Shown here: in pieces, positions 24,909-36,555 of the stretch | Position numbering within the stretch: position 1 is the stretch's first letter | How the letters are laid out: each line of letters starts with the position of its first letter | NCBI GenBank assembly: GCA_008632985.1 | Contig: QPGO01000121.1 | Span: 62,001 to 126,000, forward strand | Length of the DNA stretch: 64,000 nt | Source: Psammoneis japonica | Lineage: Eukaryota | Direction of reading: 5' to 3' | Notes under the pieces: model-generated | Told to the model about the DNA's origin: nothing | The model's input: only the letters and a program-made list of their open reading frames with translations | Databases searched by the model: none | Position numbers and translations under genes: made by a program

Positions 24909-25320
24909 CATACATGGCGCTCAACCGCATACGGATGCACGTCAATCACCTACGCATTATTTTTGACTCGACCTTTTGTTGTTGCGGCTTGTCTCTGACC
25001 CATCTCTTGACAATACCTTCCTTTGGATTCAGACGAAGCTGGTCCCGCCGATTTTGGGTCTGGAAGGCTTTGTTTTTTGAGGGCTTTGGCGCGCGCTCCA
25101 AACTCAGAGAAAACCACAACCGCTTCCGCTTCCACCCCAAATTCAAAGAACTTAGTAGTATTACATCCAATCCGACCTTCGTGGACGATGTTCTCAGTTT
25201 TCGGAATGCTCGAGATGCGTCCCAAGGTGGTCGTTATCTTTCCGCAGCTATACTACAATATGTGAAAGCCCACTGTACTACAGCATATGCAACATGTTCT
25301 TTTAAAAATTCTTTCTTGCT

Positions 25321-26429
25321 TTAATAGTATATTTCACGACGTGGTCCCGGGAGATTTGTGGGTCGGTTTGCTGTAAGCTGAATGCGTCGCTTATCCACAT
25401 CAATGTTGGATACCCAGGCACGAATGCGGTCTCCAGTGGCCATAAACGCACTTGGTGGTTCGCCAATGTTGTCTGAGAAGTCAGGATGATCCATAAAGTG
25501 AAGAAACCCGTCTACTTCAGCACCGACTTCAACATAGGCTCCATACGCAGTCACACGACGAATCTCTCCCCACAGTTCATCATCAATATCAAGCTCGTCC
25601 AAAGTAATGCGATCCTCGTCATCGTCTTCCTCGTCCCTCCTCGTCTCTCTCCTCTGGTGGTAACATGCTGAGTTGTAGTTTTTTTCGTTCTGGATTGGTA
25701 GAGGTAACACGAACCGTGACTTCATCGCCAGGAGACATTATTTGACGAGGGTGTTCGACAAAAAACGTGTTTGACATTTGAGAAATATGCAAGAGTCCGT
25801 CACATTCTGTACCAATATCAATGTAGGCACCAAAATTTGTCAACGAAATGACAGTCCCGGTGGTTTCCATTCCAATTTCAAGTGCTGATAAAGGTGTGCG
25901 TTCATCAAACGGAATGGAACGACGGATGCGAGACGCACGTTTCTTGCCTCGTTGTGATTTTTTCCAAGCATCAAGAGACCTGAGAAATGAGATAATAGCA
26001 GGGGAAGAACACATAAGTACAGAATAAGCAGAAGACAGTGACATTCATCACTTCCATAATTTCTTTTCAACTCACGTCTCTTTTTCGCATCGGCAGGTTC
26101 TCTCTTTTGCTTGTTTCGAATCGCTCTCTCCTGTGCCTCCTTGACTATGCGAGCCTTTACTTTTGGATTCAACGAGTTCCATCGTGCATTCTTTTTCCAC
26201 GGCACACTTTGCTCTACAGTAGTTTCACTTTCTTCTGGCGGAATTCCGTCTTCAAACTCATCGGAATACAGCAAAACATCATTGTCGTCGGCCACAGCAC
26301 TAAATCTAGATGATGAATGATGAGCAGCGTTTGTCGGATGCCTTCCAACAAAGGCTTCAACAGAATTACCTCCATTAAGAAACAAAAACCCAGAGGAGCC
26401 GCAAGTATAGAGAATGCTCTTCTTGACAT
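25321..26429 (-). CDS. Plastid-targeted RNA-binding protein with two S1 domains
   Basis: Signal peptide ending VEA|F. S1 motifs GTVISLTNFGAYIDIGTECDGLLHISQM and GEIRRVTAYGAYVEVGAEVDGFLHF. Intron at about 25980-26075. Apparent 1-bp frameshifts. Confidence 0.8.
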
Positions 26430-26852
26430 GGTAGTCTCTTTTGGTTATAGTCTACCTTGTTGATGGCTAGAACTCTGCACCGCAACAGCGCAACGTGTTG
26501 AGTGTGTGATGGTGATGGGTGCGTGATGGGTGGGTGCGGCGGAATGTGCCGCCGATCATGCTTACCTTCCTTGATTCCTCTAATTGATATATTTAGTAGT
26601 AAAATCACTTAGACAGTTGAGAAAAGGAATTTCACTATTTTGTTGCAAATCACAACAAATCATTCAGATTTCCCGCGCAATCGTCTTGCGATCCGTCCGT
26701 GAGGTGACGTCATTGAGCTGAACTTCCTCACATTTTGATGCCAGGTGGAAGACGGTTTTGACGTATCTCTTTGTCCTTTTTGTTCATGCTTGATGCATCA
26801 CATCTCTCATCAAAATCGCTCCTGTTCCTTTTCAGTGAGGCCAAAAAGCGAC

Positions 26853-28004
26853 ATGACGCGTGATTCTTTATTTCGTTCATCGGCATTTTTCGCCCTTCAA
26901 TTGCTATTTGCGCTCTCAATACCAAAATTCGCCGTGGCCGCAACACAATCCATCAGTTCCGCTTTTATTACAAGACGACCGTTTTCGCCGTTAATCAAAG
27001 TATCAGTCAATACAGGAGGGGCTTCGTGGAGATCTTCTTCTCTCCTAACTACTCGTGGTGGTGCGATATCAGATGATGAATACGATGAGGAAGAAGAATA
27101 TGATGAGGAATCATCCGAATTCGAAGACGACGACGATCTTTTCGAATTGGACGGCGCAGATTTTGATGAAGCAGAAGACGAATTTTCCGAAGAGAAGCTT
27201 GTAGAGCAAGTTTGGGCAGCTTGGCAAAAGACACCACCTGTCACCAAGGGATACATGACTGCCTCGTTTGCAGCAACCATGTTGGGTTACGTGATGAATC
27301 AAAACAAGTTTCCCGACATTTTCTTGCTCAAGTGGACACCCGTTTTGAAAAAGATGCAGATATGGAGACCCTTTACGGCATTTTTGAATTTTGGTTCCTT
27401 CGGCCTGGCCTACATTATGACATCTCACTTTGTCTGGACGTACATGAGTACCTTGGAGCGACTTCATCACAACCGACCGTATGACTTTTGGATCATGATT
27501 GCGTTTGGATGCATATCCATGTTGGTCGGATACGGTTGCCTCGGTATGAGTTCTGTCTTTTTGGGACACAACCTGTCGCAGTACTTTGTTTACGTCTGGA
27601 GCCGATATTTTGAAGGAATGGAAGTCAACATGTTTGAAATGTTTACACTCAAAGCAGAGTTACTGCCGTGGGCCTTTCTTGCACAGGTGAGTGGGAATGC
27701 GTGAATCTGGATTGTAGAGCAAAAGGCGCAACGTTGCGTTCGTTGGAGCCCTGTCGTATTTTCGTAATCTCATCGCCTTGCTTTCTTTCTTTTACAGACT
27801 TTCTTGTTGGAGGGTCAACCACCGATTCTCGACTTTCTAGGAATTGTTTTTGGACATGTGTACCATCACTTAAAGACGACTGGGGCGATTCGAGCTCCTC
27901 CTTTTGTTGTAAGCTGGTACGAGAGCGATAGTCCATTGAGCACGGCTATTCGAAATCGATACAAAACAATATCATCAGATTTTGAGCTGCAGGAGATGCC
28001 ATAA
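26853..28004 (+). CDS. Derlin (Der1 family), probably the symbiont-specific SELMA sDer1
   Basis: Der1 motifs TPPVTK, QIWRPFTAF, YVWSR, KAELLPW and GIVFGHVY. N-terminal signal peptide plus a transit-like segment ending RGG and an acidic tract. Intron at about 27687-27798. Confidence 0.85.
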
Positions 28005-28813
28005 AACTAAAAGTAAAGCACTACAGTACGAAAGTTTCTCTCTCCCTAGAATGAACTGTAAAAGGTATAAACTGTACAAACTGATAGCTCAACTACTCTT
28101 TCTGTGTAGGTATTCGTTTCCGCTTTCTGCTACCTGTCTACTAGCTCATCATCATCAAATGTTTAGAAAAAAGCAAAATCGATCATTTTCGAGGTCAACG
28201 ACTTGAGCCCTGTTACAGCACAAAACATGATTGAGCTCAACGCTACTCCTTGGTTCAACACCTTGGTCCATATCCCATCACCAGAGTCGATGCCAATGGT
28301 ACAGTCTCTCTCAAAAGAGCTCCTCATGTACAAGAAAGGATCTCACTGCCCCTGATTTACCCTGATAGCTCTGTATGATTCCAGCAGTGCTGTTATCATA
28401 TAGAAGGGAAGAACGCAGCATCTCGCCCTGCTTACTGTATGCCTTATTCACGATTGAAGCAACTTCACGTCTCTTGCGAACAGGATTAAAAGGATGACTC
28501 AGATGTCCAGTCATGCATTGACGGTATGGACTTATGCCTGACTTTGAAGATAAATCGAACCAGAACTGCGGCCACCATGCAAGCAAATACCGTGGTGATC
28601 TTCCCTCAAGTAGGGCCCTAGAGATCTGGAAAGGCGTCTCGCCTATCTTTGCCAACACGGCTGGGCCAGCCCGCACAAGTCTTGATCTTGGAATCAAGCT
28701 GAAACACAAGGTTTTTAGAACTTTTAGAGACAGTTTCGCGGAACCCTCGTGTGTAGCAAAGGCAACACTTCCCAAATCGCACCTTGGAGAGAAACAAGAC
28801 CAGACTGCATTCC

Positions 28814-30751
28814 TCAATGTTTTCTACGAGTTTTTCTCTTCTCCTGCACCAGAATACGACACAGCGTCGCCAGTCCCAAAATAATTGCAGCGGTCCCAAT
28901 AACCCAAAGGGGCCCTCGACGCAAAGGGCCATCGTTCTGACATTCTTCATCGTCTTCTTGCAAAGTCGATATCATCGGGGTGGAATCGTTGCCTCCAGGT
29001 TTGTCTTCATCAATTTCTTGCCCTTCCTTACTTACTTCCATAGTTTCAATATTGCTCGGATCACCGCCTTTGCCTTCTTCAAGTCTCCAGGTCACCCGTC
29101 TGAGGTCAACTGCGGTTGGCGTGATTCCAACACGCATGGCTTTTACACACAATTCCTTTCGCAGAACCGTTGCGTCGTAAACGTTTGGGCCACGTAAAAT
29201 CACCATCATATTTGACTGCGTCCCGTCAAAATGAGTGTAGCATATAGTGATGAGATGCATGTCAGGTTCAACCGGAGTTCTTCTAGCCTGAATGCGCTGG
29301 TACACTGGAGCAAACACGTCCGAATCCCAGAACGAATCTGGAACATCCAGTAGATTGTGCGGAATCCACTCCTTCAATACGTTCCAAGAAGATGACTTTG
29401 GCTTTCTTTCGTCCCCATGTCTCTTACTGCTTCGATACATCGCCAGCATGCTTCGAAGACAGTTGGACGGTGACCACCAAGAGATCATCTCCATTAAGCT
29501 GTATAAGAATGGTTCGCCGTAGACGAACTTGGAAGATTCCATTCCAACAGTAACCCGAGGCGCTTTGTACGTCGCGAACATCGCCCATTTTATAAGACCC
29601 TTAGCATCTTCTTCCCAGAGCCGGTTCTGCCTTATCATGTCCGTCATGAGAATGAGTTGTGCAGCATTTTTGACGACGGTGTGAATGTCGAACGCTGGAC
29701 TGATTCGTCTGTGGTCTCCGGATTGGACGGGTTCAAAAAGGCCTAGTTCACTATCACTTTGGTCCGCCGTCGACTGGGATTCCAAGCGCTGTGTCAATCC
29801 AAAACTTACTCCAGCAACGAACCTCTCCAGGCGACACCAATAGCTATCCTGAATGTCACTGTTTGTGGTGACTACTTCACAAGACATGTAGGCCAGGATC
29901 CCACCCCGTGACCAAGATTGCGATTTGGTGCGATTTCTAGAGTACTCAATGTCAATCCACAAAAAATACTCGCAAAAGTAGTCGTCCATGGCTCGTTTGG
30001 AGGCAATCTTGTGGATTTCAAGCCAATCGGAAATATCCATGCGTTTCGATAACCCCCCCGGGCCGTTGTGCTTGTATGAAACCGCAAAAATGGGATCACC
30101 CAAGGCAATCTTTCGACCACGAAGTACAACACCATCGCCTCGAGTGGCCGTGTCGACGTTTTGCCACCATTCAATCAACTTTTGTTCCGACTCACCAACT
30201 AAAAAGGGCCCGACAATACCCAGCTCCATTTCGTCCAAATCGTCGTTCGTGAGAACGGAGAGTCCCATATTGTACACTGGACAGTCTTCGTGTATTTCTG
30301 ACAGTCGAGCATAAAGGCTTACTTCACGTATCAACATTTGGATAAGAGTCTCAACCTTTTGTTGGTAGGGACCCATGGGGTTGGCAAGTGAAATGGCGTC
30401 GCTGGCCCTGGAATGAGCGGCCGTGGCCGCAGTGAGGACTGCGTTGGCAACATCGACCAGCTCCTCTTGGGGACCGTGCAATCTGGGACAAAGCTGATAT
30501 CGGGATCCGGTGGGATCATGCTCCGTGCTGGTTCGGAAATTGGCAAATTGTTGTACAATGGACTGTAGTTCTTCGACGCGATTTGGGTCTTCGGATAGTG
30601 TGTCGTTCCGCCCAAATCCCAATTCACACTGATACTCAATGTGCTCTTGAAGTCGACGCAAACTTTCTTTTATCGCCGCATCGGGAATTCGGAAGTAGCT
30701 TCCTTGTCTTTCAATCATTGTTCGCTCTCTGTCTCTCTTTGGGGGTGTCAC
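28814..30751 (-). CDS. Intronless 645-aa protein with HET/TIR-like motifs and a C-terminal hydrophobic helix
   Basis: Long ORF. Motif order FAVSYKH, YFLWID, GILAY, SYWCRLE resembles HET-domain signatures. C-terminal PLWVIGTAAIILGLATL. Confidence 0.6.
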   Translation of the reverse strand: MTPPKRDRERTMIERQGSYFRIPDAAIKESLRRLQEHIEYQCELGFGRNDTLSEDPNRVEELQSIVQQFANFRTSTEHDPTGSRYQLCPRLHGPQEELVDVANAVLTAATAAHSRASDAISLANPMGPYQQKVETLIQMLIREVSLYARLSEIHEDCPVYNMGLSVLTNDDLDEMELGIVGPFLVGESEQKLIEWWQNVDTATRGDGVVLRGRKIALGDPIFAVSYKHNGPGGLSKRMDISDWLEIHKIASKRAMDDYFCEYFLWIDIEYSRNRTKSQSWSRGGILAYMSCEVVTTNSDIQDSYWCRLERFVAGVSFGLTQRLESQSTADQSDSELGLFEPVQSGDHRRISPAFDIHTVVKNAAQLILMTDMIRQNRLWEEDAKGLIKWAMFATYKAPRVTVGMESSKFVYGEPFLYSLMEMISWWSPSNCLRSMLAMYRSSKRHGDERKPKSSSWNVLKEWIPHNLLDVPDSFWDSDVFAPVYQRIQARRTPVEPDMHLITICYTHFDGTQSNMMVILRGPNVYDATVLRKELCVKAMRVGITPTAVDLRRVTWRLEEGKGGDPSNIETMEVSKEGQEIDEDKPGGNDSTPMISTLQEDDEECQNDGPLRRGPLWVIGTAAIILGLATLCRILVQEKRKTRRKH

Positions 30752-33700
30752 TTCAAATTAAAAAATGGGATCATCCATCGTGGATGTTGATCCTGTACCG
30801 GTAATAGGGTTAGGGTTTATAAATGGGCAAGTAGATAGGGCGGCAGTAGCGGGAGTTCGTGAAGTACAGCACCATGACCCGTCAGATCTTTTTTTTTGAG
30901 TTTTGTTGGTGTACTTCTGCTCCTGGACCGCAACGCAACGCCTTTTGTTGTAAGTGACAGGGATCCCACATGACCTGCGAAGACCGCTCGCCGTCGCACC
31001 CAACGTGCTCTTCATCGCTCCATTGCTTCGGTCAAATGCACTCCGGCTCCTGCTCCACCTGCACCCGACAAGCTCCGTCTCTCTCGTGTCAAAGCCAACG
31101 TCCGTGCCGCTCTCAGCAAACGTCTCGCTCAGGCCCAGGCCCGCATTGATCGTCTCCAACTGAGACTGACAAGATCTGCTCCAACTTTCACGTCATCAAG
31201 CACTCTCGTGCTCGACTCGACAAGTCATTGGAATGAGCCACTGACGACAAATCCGAGTTTTTCGACCCCGAGCACAATCTCTGTGACCGCGCGATCCGTG
31301 ACCAATTGACAGCAGTCGACAACTCTTTTGACACTTTGGATGTCGATTTGGACACTTTGCACAACCGCCTTCGGAAACCTTCCGCACGTGACAACCCCGT
31401 GCCCTCTGCTCACTTTTCTGGGCCGCGCCCCCGCAAACATCGAACCAAATCCCGCTCGAGGCAATCACTCCGGATGACTCCCAACCAGGAACACCATGCA
31501 CTGCGATCCTGCCGTCACCGCCACGGCATGTCCCGATCCGAACCCTTTCACCATCCAGAAGCCGACTCCTGCTTTCGGCCTGAAACAAGGAAGTGTCAAG
31601 ACAGTGGCCCACAGCAGTCTCCACACCCCTCGTCGGATCACTTCATCTGTGCCACAGTTGACACCGTGCAATCCGACGATGAGGATGATGCTCCAATTCA
31701 AGGGGGGTCTCAACCCACTGCTGACGACCCGCCACCCCATGTCACTGCACCACTGGGGTCCCCAGAGGAATTCCCCCCGCTTTCATCTCCAACGGATCAT
31801 GCCACCCCTGCACTCTCCCATGTCGACCCATCCTCTTCAACCTCTGCGACTCACCTTTTTGATGTCGTCACTCCTGTGTTGAACAAAATGGATGAAGCAC
31901 TCGACGAGGCCCTTGCCTCCCCCACTCGTGCACCTGCTGTTGACTCGCCCGCTCCAGCTTCGTCCGACACCTCTGATGCACCTGATCCATCCGTGGACAA
32001 TGACATCAACGTCCAAGTTTGTCTCGTCACCTTCGAGGCTCTCTTCGACACCCAACAAGCTCTCGCACTGTTTTTCCATCGTGAGAATGAACGTGCCGTT
32101 GAGCTTCGCGACACTGTCGATTCGGCTAAAATGTCTTTCGAGCGCTTCCTTCATCGCTGCCCTGCTTGTGAAGCAAGCACTCTTGCACTTCGTTGTTTTC
32201 AGGACATGATGCATGCCGCCGAGTCTCTTTACCTGGAACTTGTGTTCCATCTTGCTCTCACACCGCGACGACATCCCGCTTCCCCGTCCGACCATCACTC
32301 ATCAGCCGACGACACCGTCTTCTCTCATGGTGCACCCGAGCACTCCTCGGAATCCCTTTCGAATTCATTGACAAAGCACGCGTCCTACACAAATTTGTGC
32401 ACTCTGAAACACCATCAGAATCCGCACACGCGACGACAAAAGTTTTGTGCATTTTTGAATGACTTGCGTGGGACCTTCGCATCTTTTCCGGAATTCAATG
32501 GCCCACTCAATGATTTTCCTTCTGTCCCTCTTCGCCCACTTCCAGACCATGCTGACAGTGCTCTCCATGCTCTCCTCTGGACGCATGTGGACGCGACGCA
32601 CCAATCTGACATTTCCGACCTTGAATCTCGATCTGGCAAACTTGCTCTCGAAGAACTCCAGCTGCGCTGTGCGCCCATCACTCAGGAACACAGCAACTGC
32701 TGTTCCAACGACTGTCTGCAAGTCTTCCTCAACTCCAACGAGTCCGCCAGCAGCTTCATCCAATGCTTTGAGCGAAAACTCTGGAGCCACAAGAATGCCG
32801 GCCTTCCAGTCAAGACTGACGCGGATGTCAGCACCCATTTTCTCAGCCAAATGGGCAGCCATCCCCGCTGCGATGCATCCATCAAGCAACTCGAATCCGA
32901 ATTTCGCACTGCCGCTCGTCTCTCCACTGCCACAGCTCCCCGGTTCAAGGACATCCGGCAAATGTTCTGTGACATCGACGAGCAGCATCACAACCAACAG
33001 CATCGTGATCGACTCTCGCATGGCTCTCGCTCCCGCTCTCACAACAACCATGCTCACCTTGCTGCCGTCAAACGCACTCCTCGGACTGCACAACGACAGC
33101 AACAGCAGCAACGTCGCCCAACCCAACCTCACGCCACCGAGATCTGTGACTGCTGTGGAAAGCGCAACCACAACGCTGCTGAATGTCGCTCTCGGCTCCG
33201 CGATCTGAAGAAGGGCACACCCAAGGATCAACCTGCCACCAAACCTCCTTGCAACTTGAGCGAAGTCACGTGTTTTCACTGCAAAAAAAGGGGCACCTTC
33301 GTCCCGACTGTCCCGAACTTGCAAAGGACGCAAAACAAACCGCTCTCGCCGCCACTGCACCTGCCATGCACTGCCGAGCAAAGGCACCTCCACAGAACGA
33401 CCAAATCATTTTCTGTGCTGCTTGAGCTGATGTGGAGGATGCTCACTCTTTTTCCTCCTCCTCAGACTCTGTCCCACCTCTGGAACCACGCCACGTCTCC
33501 TTTGACGACGAATCATCGGCCGGCTGCTCCAAGAGTGACTCCATCGCATCTTCCTCGACTCATGGAACAATGCCCACCATCACTCTCCAGGAACTCCTCA
33601 CTGACACTGCTTCAATTGATGGCAACGAAACTTTCTCCGCCACCTCAACCTCCACTGGTCCTCCGCCTCTGGCACATCATGACTGCGACTCCAGCACGGA

Positions 33701-36108
33701 TTCATCATCCACCATGCTGCCTTTGCTCTGTCGCTCATGCAAACCTGATGGCAACAAATCTTCATCCGCCTGCTCGACCTCCACTGGTCCACCTCCTCTT
33801 GCCCATCATGACTGCGACTCCAGCACGGATTCATCATCCACAATGCCGTCTTTGATCTGTCATCCATGTGCACCGGACGACAACACAGCCTGTCCTTTTG
33901 ATGAACCGCCTCCCGAGCACTCTCCTGCAGCATCCCCTGTCTGTTTCGATTTCCATGATGCTTTCACCACGGCATCTCATGCATCCAGGCACACCACAAT
34001 CTCTGACGATGACGACAAATCCGTAATCTCTGATCTCAGCTGTGACTCCATGGATGCGGTCGACACCGTCCCCTGTTTCTCATGCGACACCGCTGATTGT
34101 CACGTTCAAGTTGCATGCATGGCCGACGATCCCGACCAGTGCTGACCTCACCAACTGCCCCGCGACTCTGACCTCACGGACATCAGCAGTTGGTCTGTCG
34201 ACTCTGGTGCTTCTTCTCATTTCGTTCGTCATGACTCACTTGATGACAGCACCCCCTGTCACGTCCCTGTTGTCATTGCAGACGGCGCCACAGTCCATGC
34301 CACGAAAGTTGGGTCCATCACCCTCCGCTTCCAAGACGACCAAGGACATCCGGTCAACCTTGTCCTTGATCATGTTTGTCACATCCCAGGCCTCAACCGG
34401 AACTCATTCTTGGCACCCTCCTTCACGGCCAATGAACTCTTCAATGTCTGCATCACCACCAACATCACGACACTCGATTTTGGCGACGGGCACACTTTCA
34501 GTTTCCCGATGCTCCATCACAAGCGCTCCTGTCACCCACTTCTGACCCTCCCTCCGCAGAAGCAACCGATGCCCATGGCACCTCGAAACCAACAACCCAT
34601 GCAATCGACCTTGATCTTGCAGGCCGCCGTTTCGGTTGTCGCTCCTCTCAGAGTCTTTTGGCGGGCACAGTTGGCGAAGTTTGGCGCGACTGCCATGTTG
34701 CCCCCGGGACTGACGACTGTCTGGACAACGCGCACATCGCCATCTCCCAAAAGCGCAACCGCGTTAAATGTGACCCAACTGAACCGACACACACATTTTC
34801 ACGTGTGTTCATGGATGCAATTCCCAACCCTCACACAGTCGCACTCACCCCAAAAACGTCTTTTCCCTGCCATCTCTTTTTGGCAACCCACAAAGGACAC
34901 CACTGCGGTGTTCGTGGTCTCGAGAGTCCATCATCTGGCAATGTCATCGCCGCCTTTAAATCATGGATGACCGAAGTGCAATCCCAGGGACAAGTCCAAG
35001 ACACAAACTTCATCCGCGCCGACTCAGCGCAATGTTTTCTGTCCTCCGAATTTCTTGCCTTTGGTGAAGACAATGGAATCAAGGTCGAGGTCGCCGCTCC
35101 ACAACACCAGGAACAGAACGGGTTGCGGAACGCATGTGGCAAGTCACAAGCAATGTGATTCGATGCCCACTTGTCAACGCAAGACTCTCGGCACACTTCT
35201 GCCACCAAGCATTCATTCACGCCGTCGCCATCCTGAACGTCCTCCCGGCTAAAGGCACACGGCTCCCTGATGGCTCACTGGCTACACCGTACTTCCATGC
35301 ATTCAACAGACTCCCCAAGATTGGCAATTTTTGTGTTTTTGGATGTCCCGTCACTTTCGACCGACACCAACCTCTCAACCTGGACACTCGTCGCCCGACC
35401 ACCACCCAACAACAGATTCAACGTCGATCTCGTGGCATTCATGTCGGTTTTGCACCAAACCAAGCTGGACACCTCATCTGTGTTCCCGAGGGCATCGGCA
35501 CCAAGAATCTGATTGTTGTGTGCAACGCTGTTTTTGACAAACTTTTTGAATCATCACTCGTGTACAACCACGTCCCCTTCTCTGGCGCACTCCCGATCCG
35601 GAACATCTCAAACGATGCCTCTGGTCTCAAGTCACACAACGAGACTCCATTGGATGAACACACGGGAACCATTCAAGATTTCTTTGATGTTGACTCACCC
35701 CCTTGTTCTCCCACTCTTGCTGAAGTGCCTCCGGAATCCAACAACTCTGATTCGGATGAACCACCTCCAGCACCTGCTGCGACCGGACTCGGACGATCCA
35801 CTCGCACCAACGCTGGCCTCCACAATTCTGTGCGCTTCGCAGACAAGGAGCAACTCTACGCTGTGACCTCCTCCACTCCCCCAGTCGATCTTCTCGAGCA
35901 AACTCTCTTCGACGACTCACTCGCCATGGAATCTGCATGCAGTGCCTCGCTCGAATCCCCTTGGCCTGACTGCAACTGGCATCAATGCCCGGACCCCTTG
36001 CAACAAGCTTTGGAAGCCGTCCGTGCCACCACTTCAACCCCCATTGATGACTGCTCACCGGTTCCTCGCTCTTTTCGAGCCATCCTCAGACAACCTCCTG
36101 CAATTCGC

Positions 36109-36555
36109 TGCAGCATGCATGCAGACAAAAGGTTGTTTTTGTCACGCCCTTTGTGACATTTAAAGGCTGTGACACGTCGCCGTGATGCATTGGCTCTTGC
36201 CAGCAGCTGCACATTGCACTCCTCCCCATGCATCACGCGTCCATGCGGCTCTTTACCAACGTGCACTGACACTGCACGGTTTTGGCGGAACAGTGTGGGT
36301 ACGTGCAAAGGAACACACAGAACTGCACAGAGTTTTATGCGTTCGACAGTGATCAACGTTGCTGCAGACAACTCCCACTCAGGGTTTCGAACCCCTGGCC
36401 TCCTGCCCAATGGTTGCGATGAACCACTCCACTGTGAATTCACAATGCAGCATGCATGCAGACAAAAGGTCATTTTTGTCACGCCCTTTGTGACATTTAA
36501 AGGCTGCAACACGTCGCCGTGATGCATTGACTCTTGTTGGCAGCTGTGCATTGCA
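36109..36555 (-). mobile_element. TRIM-like miniature LTR element nested in the Copia-3 pol region
   Basis: 110-bp direct repeats at 36109-36218 and 36446-36555 with TG...CA ends. 4-bp TSD TCGC. Minus-strand PPT ggggaggag. Removing the element restores the host frame PPAIRDAWLRAIRSEL. Confidence 0.9.

Noticed and set aside
36370..36440. Functional tRNA gene
   Set aside because: The anticodon arm is degenerate and it lies inside a TRIM. Reported only as tRNA-like.
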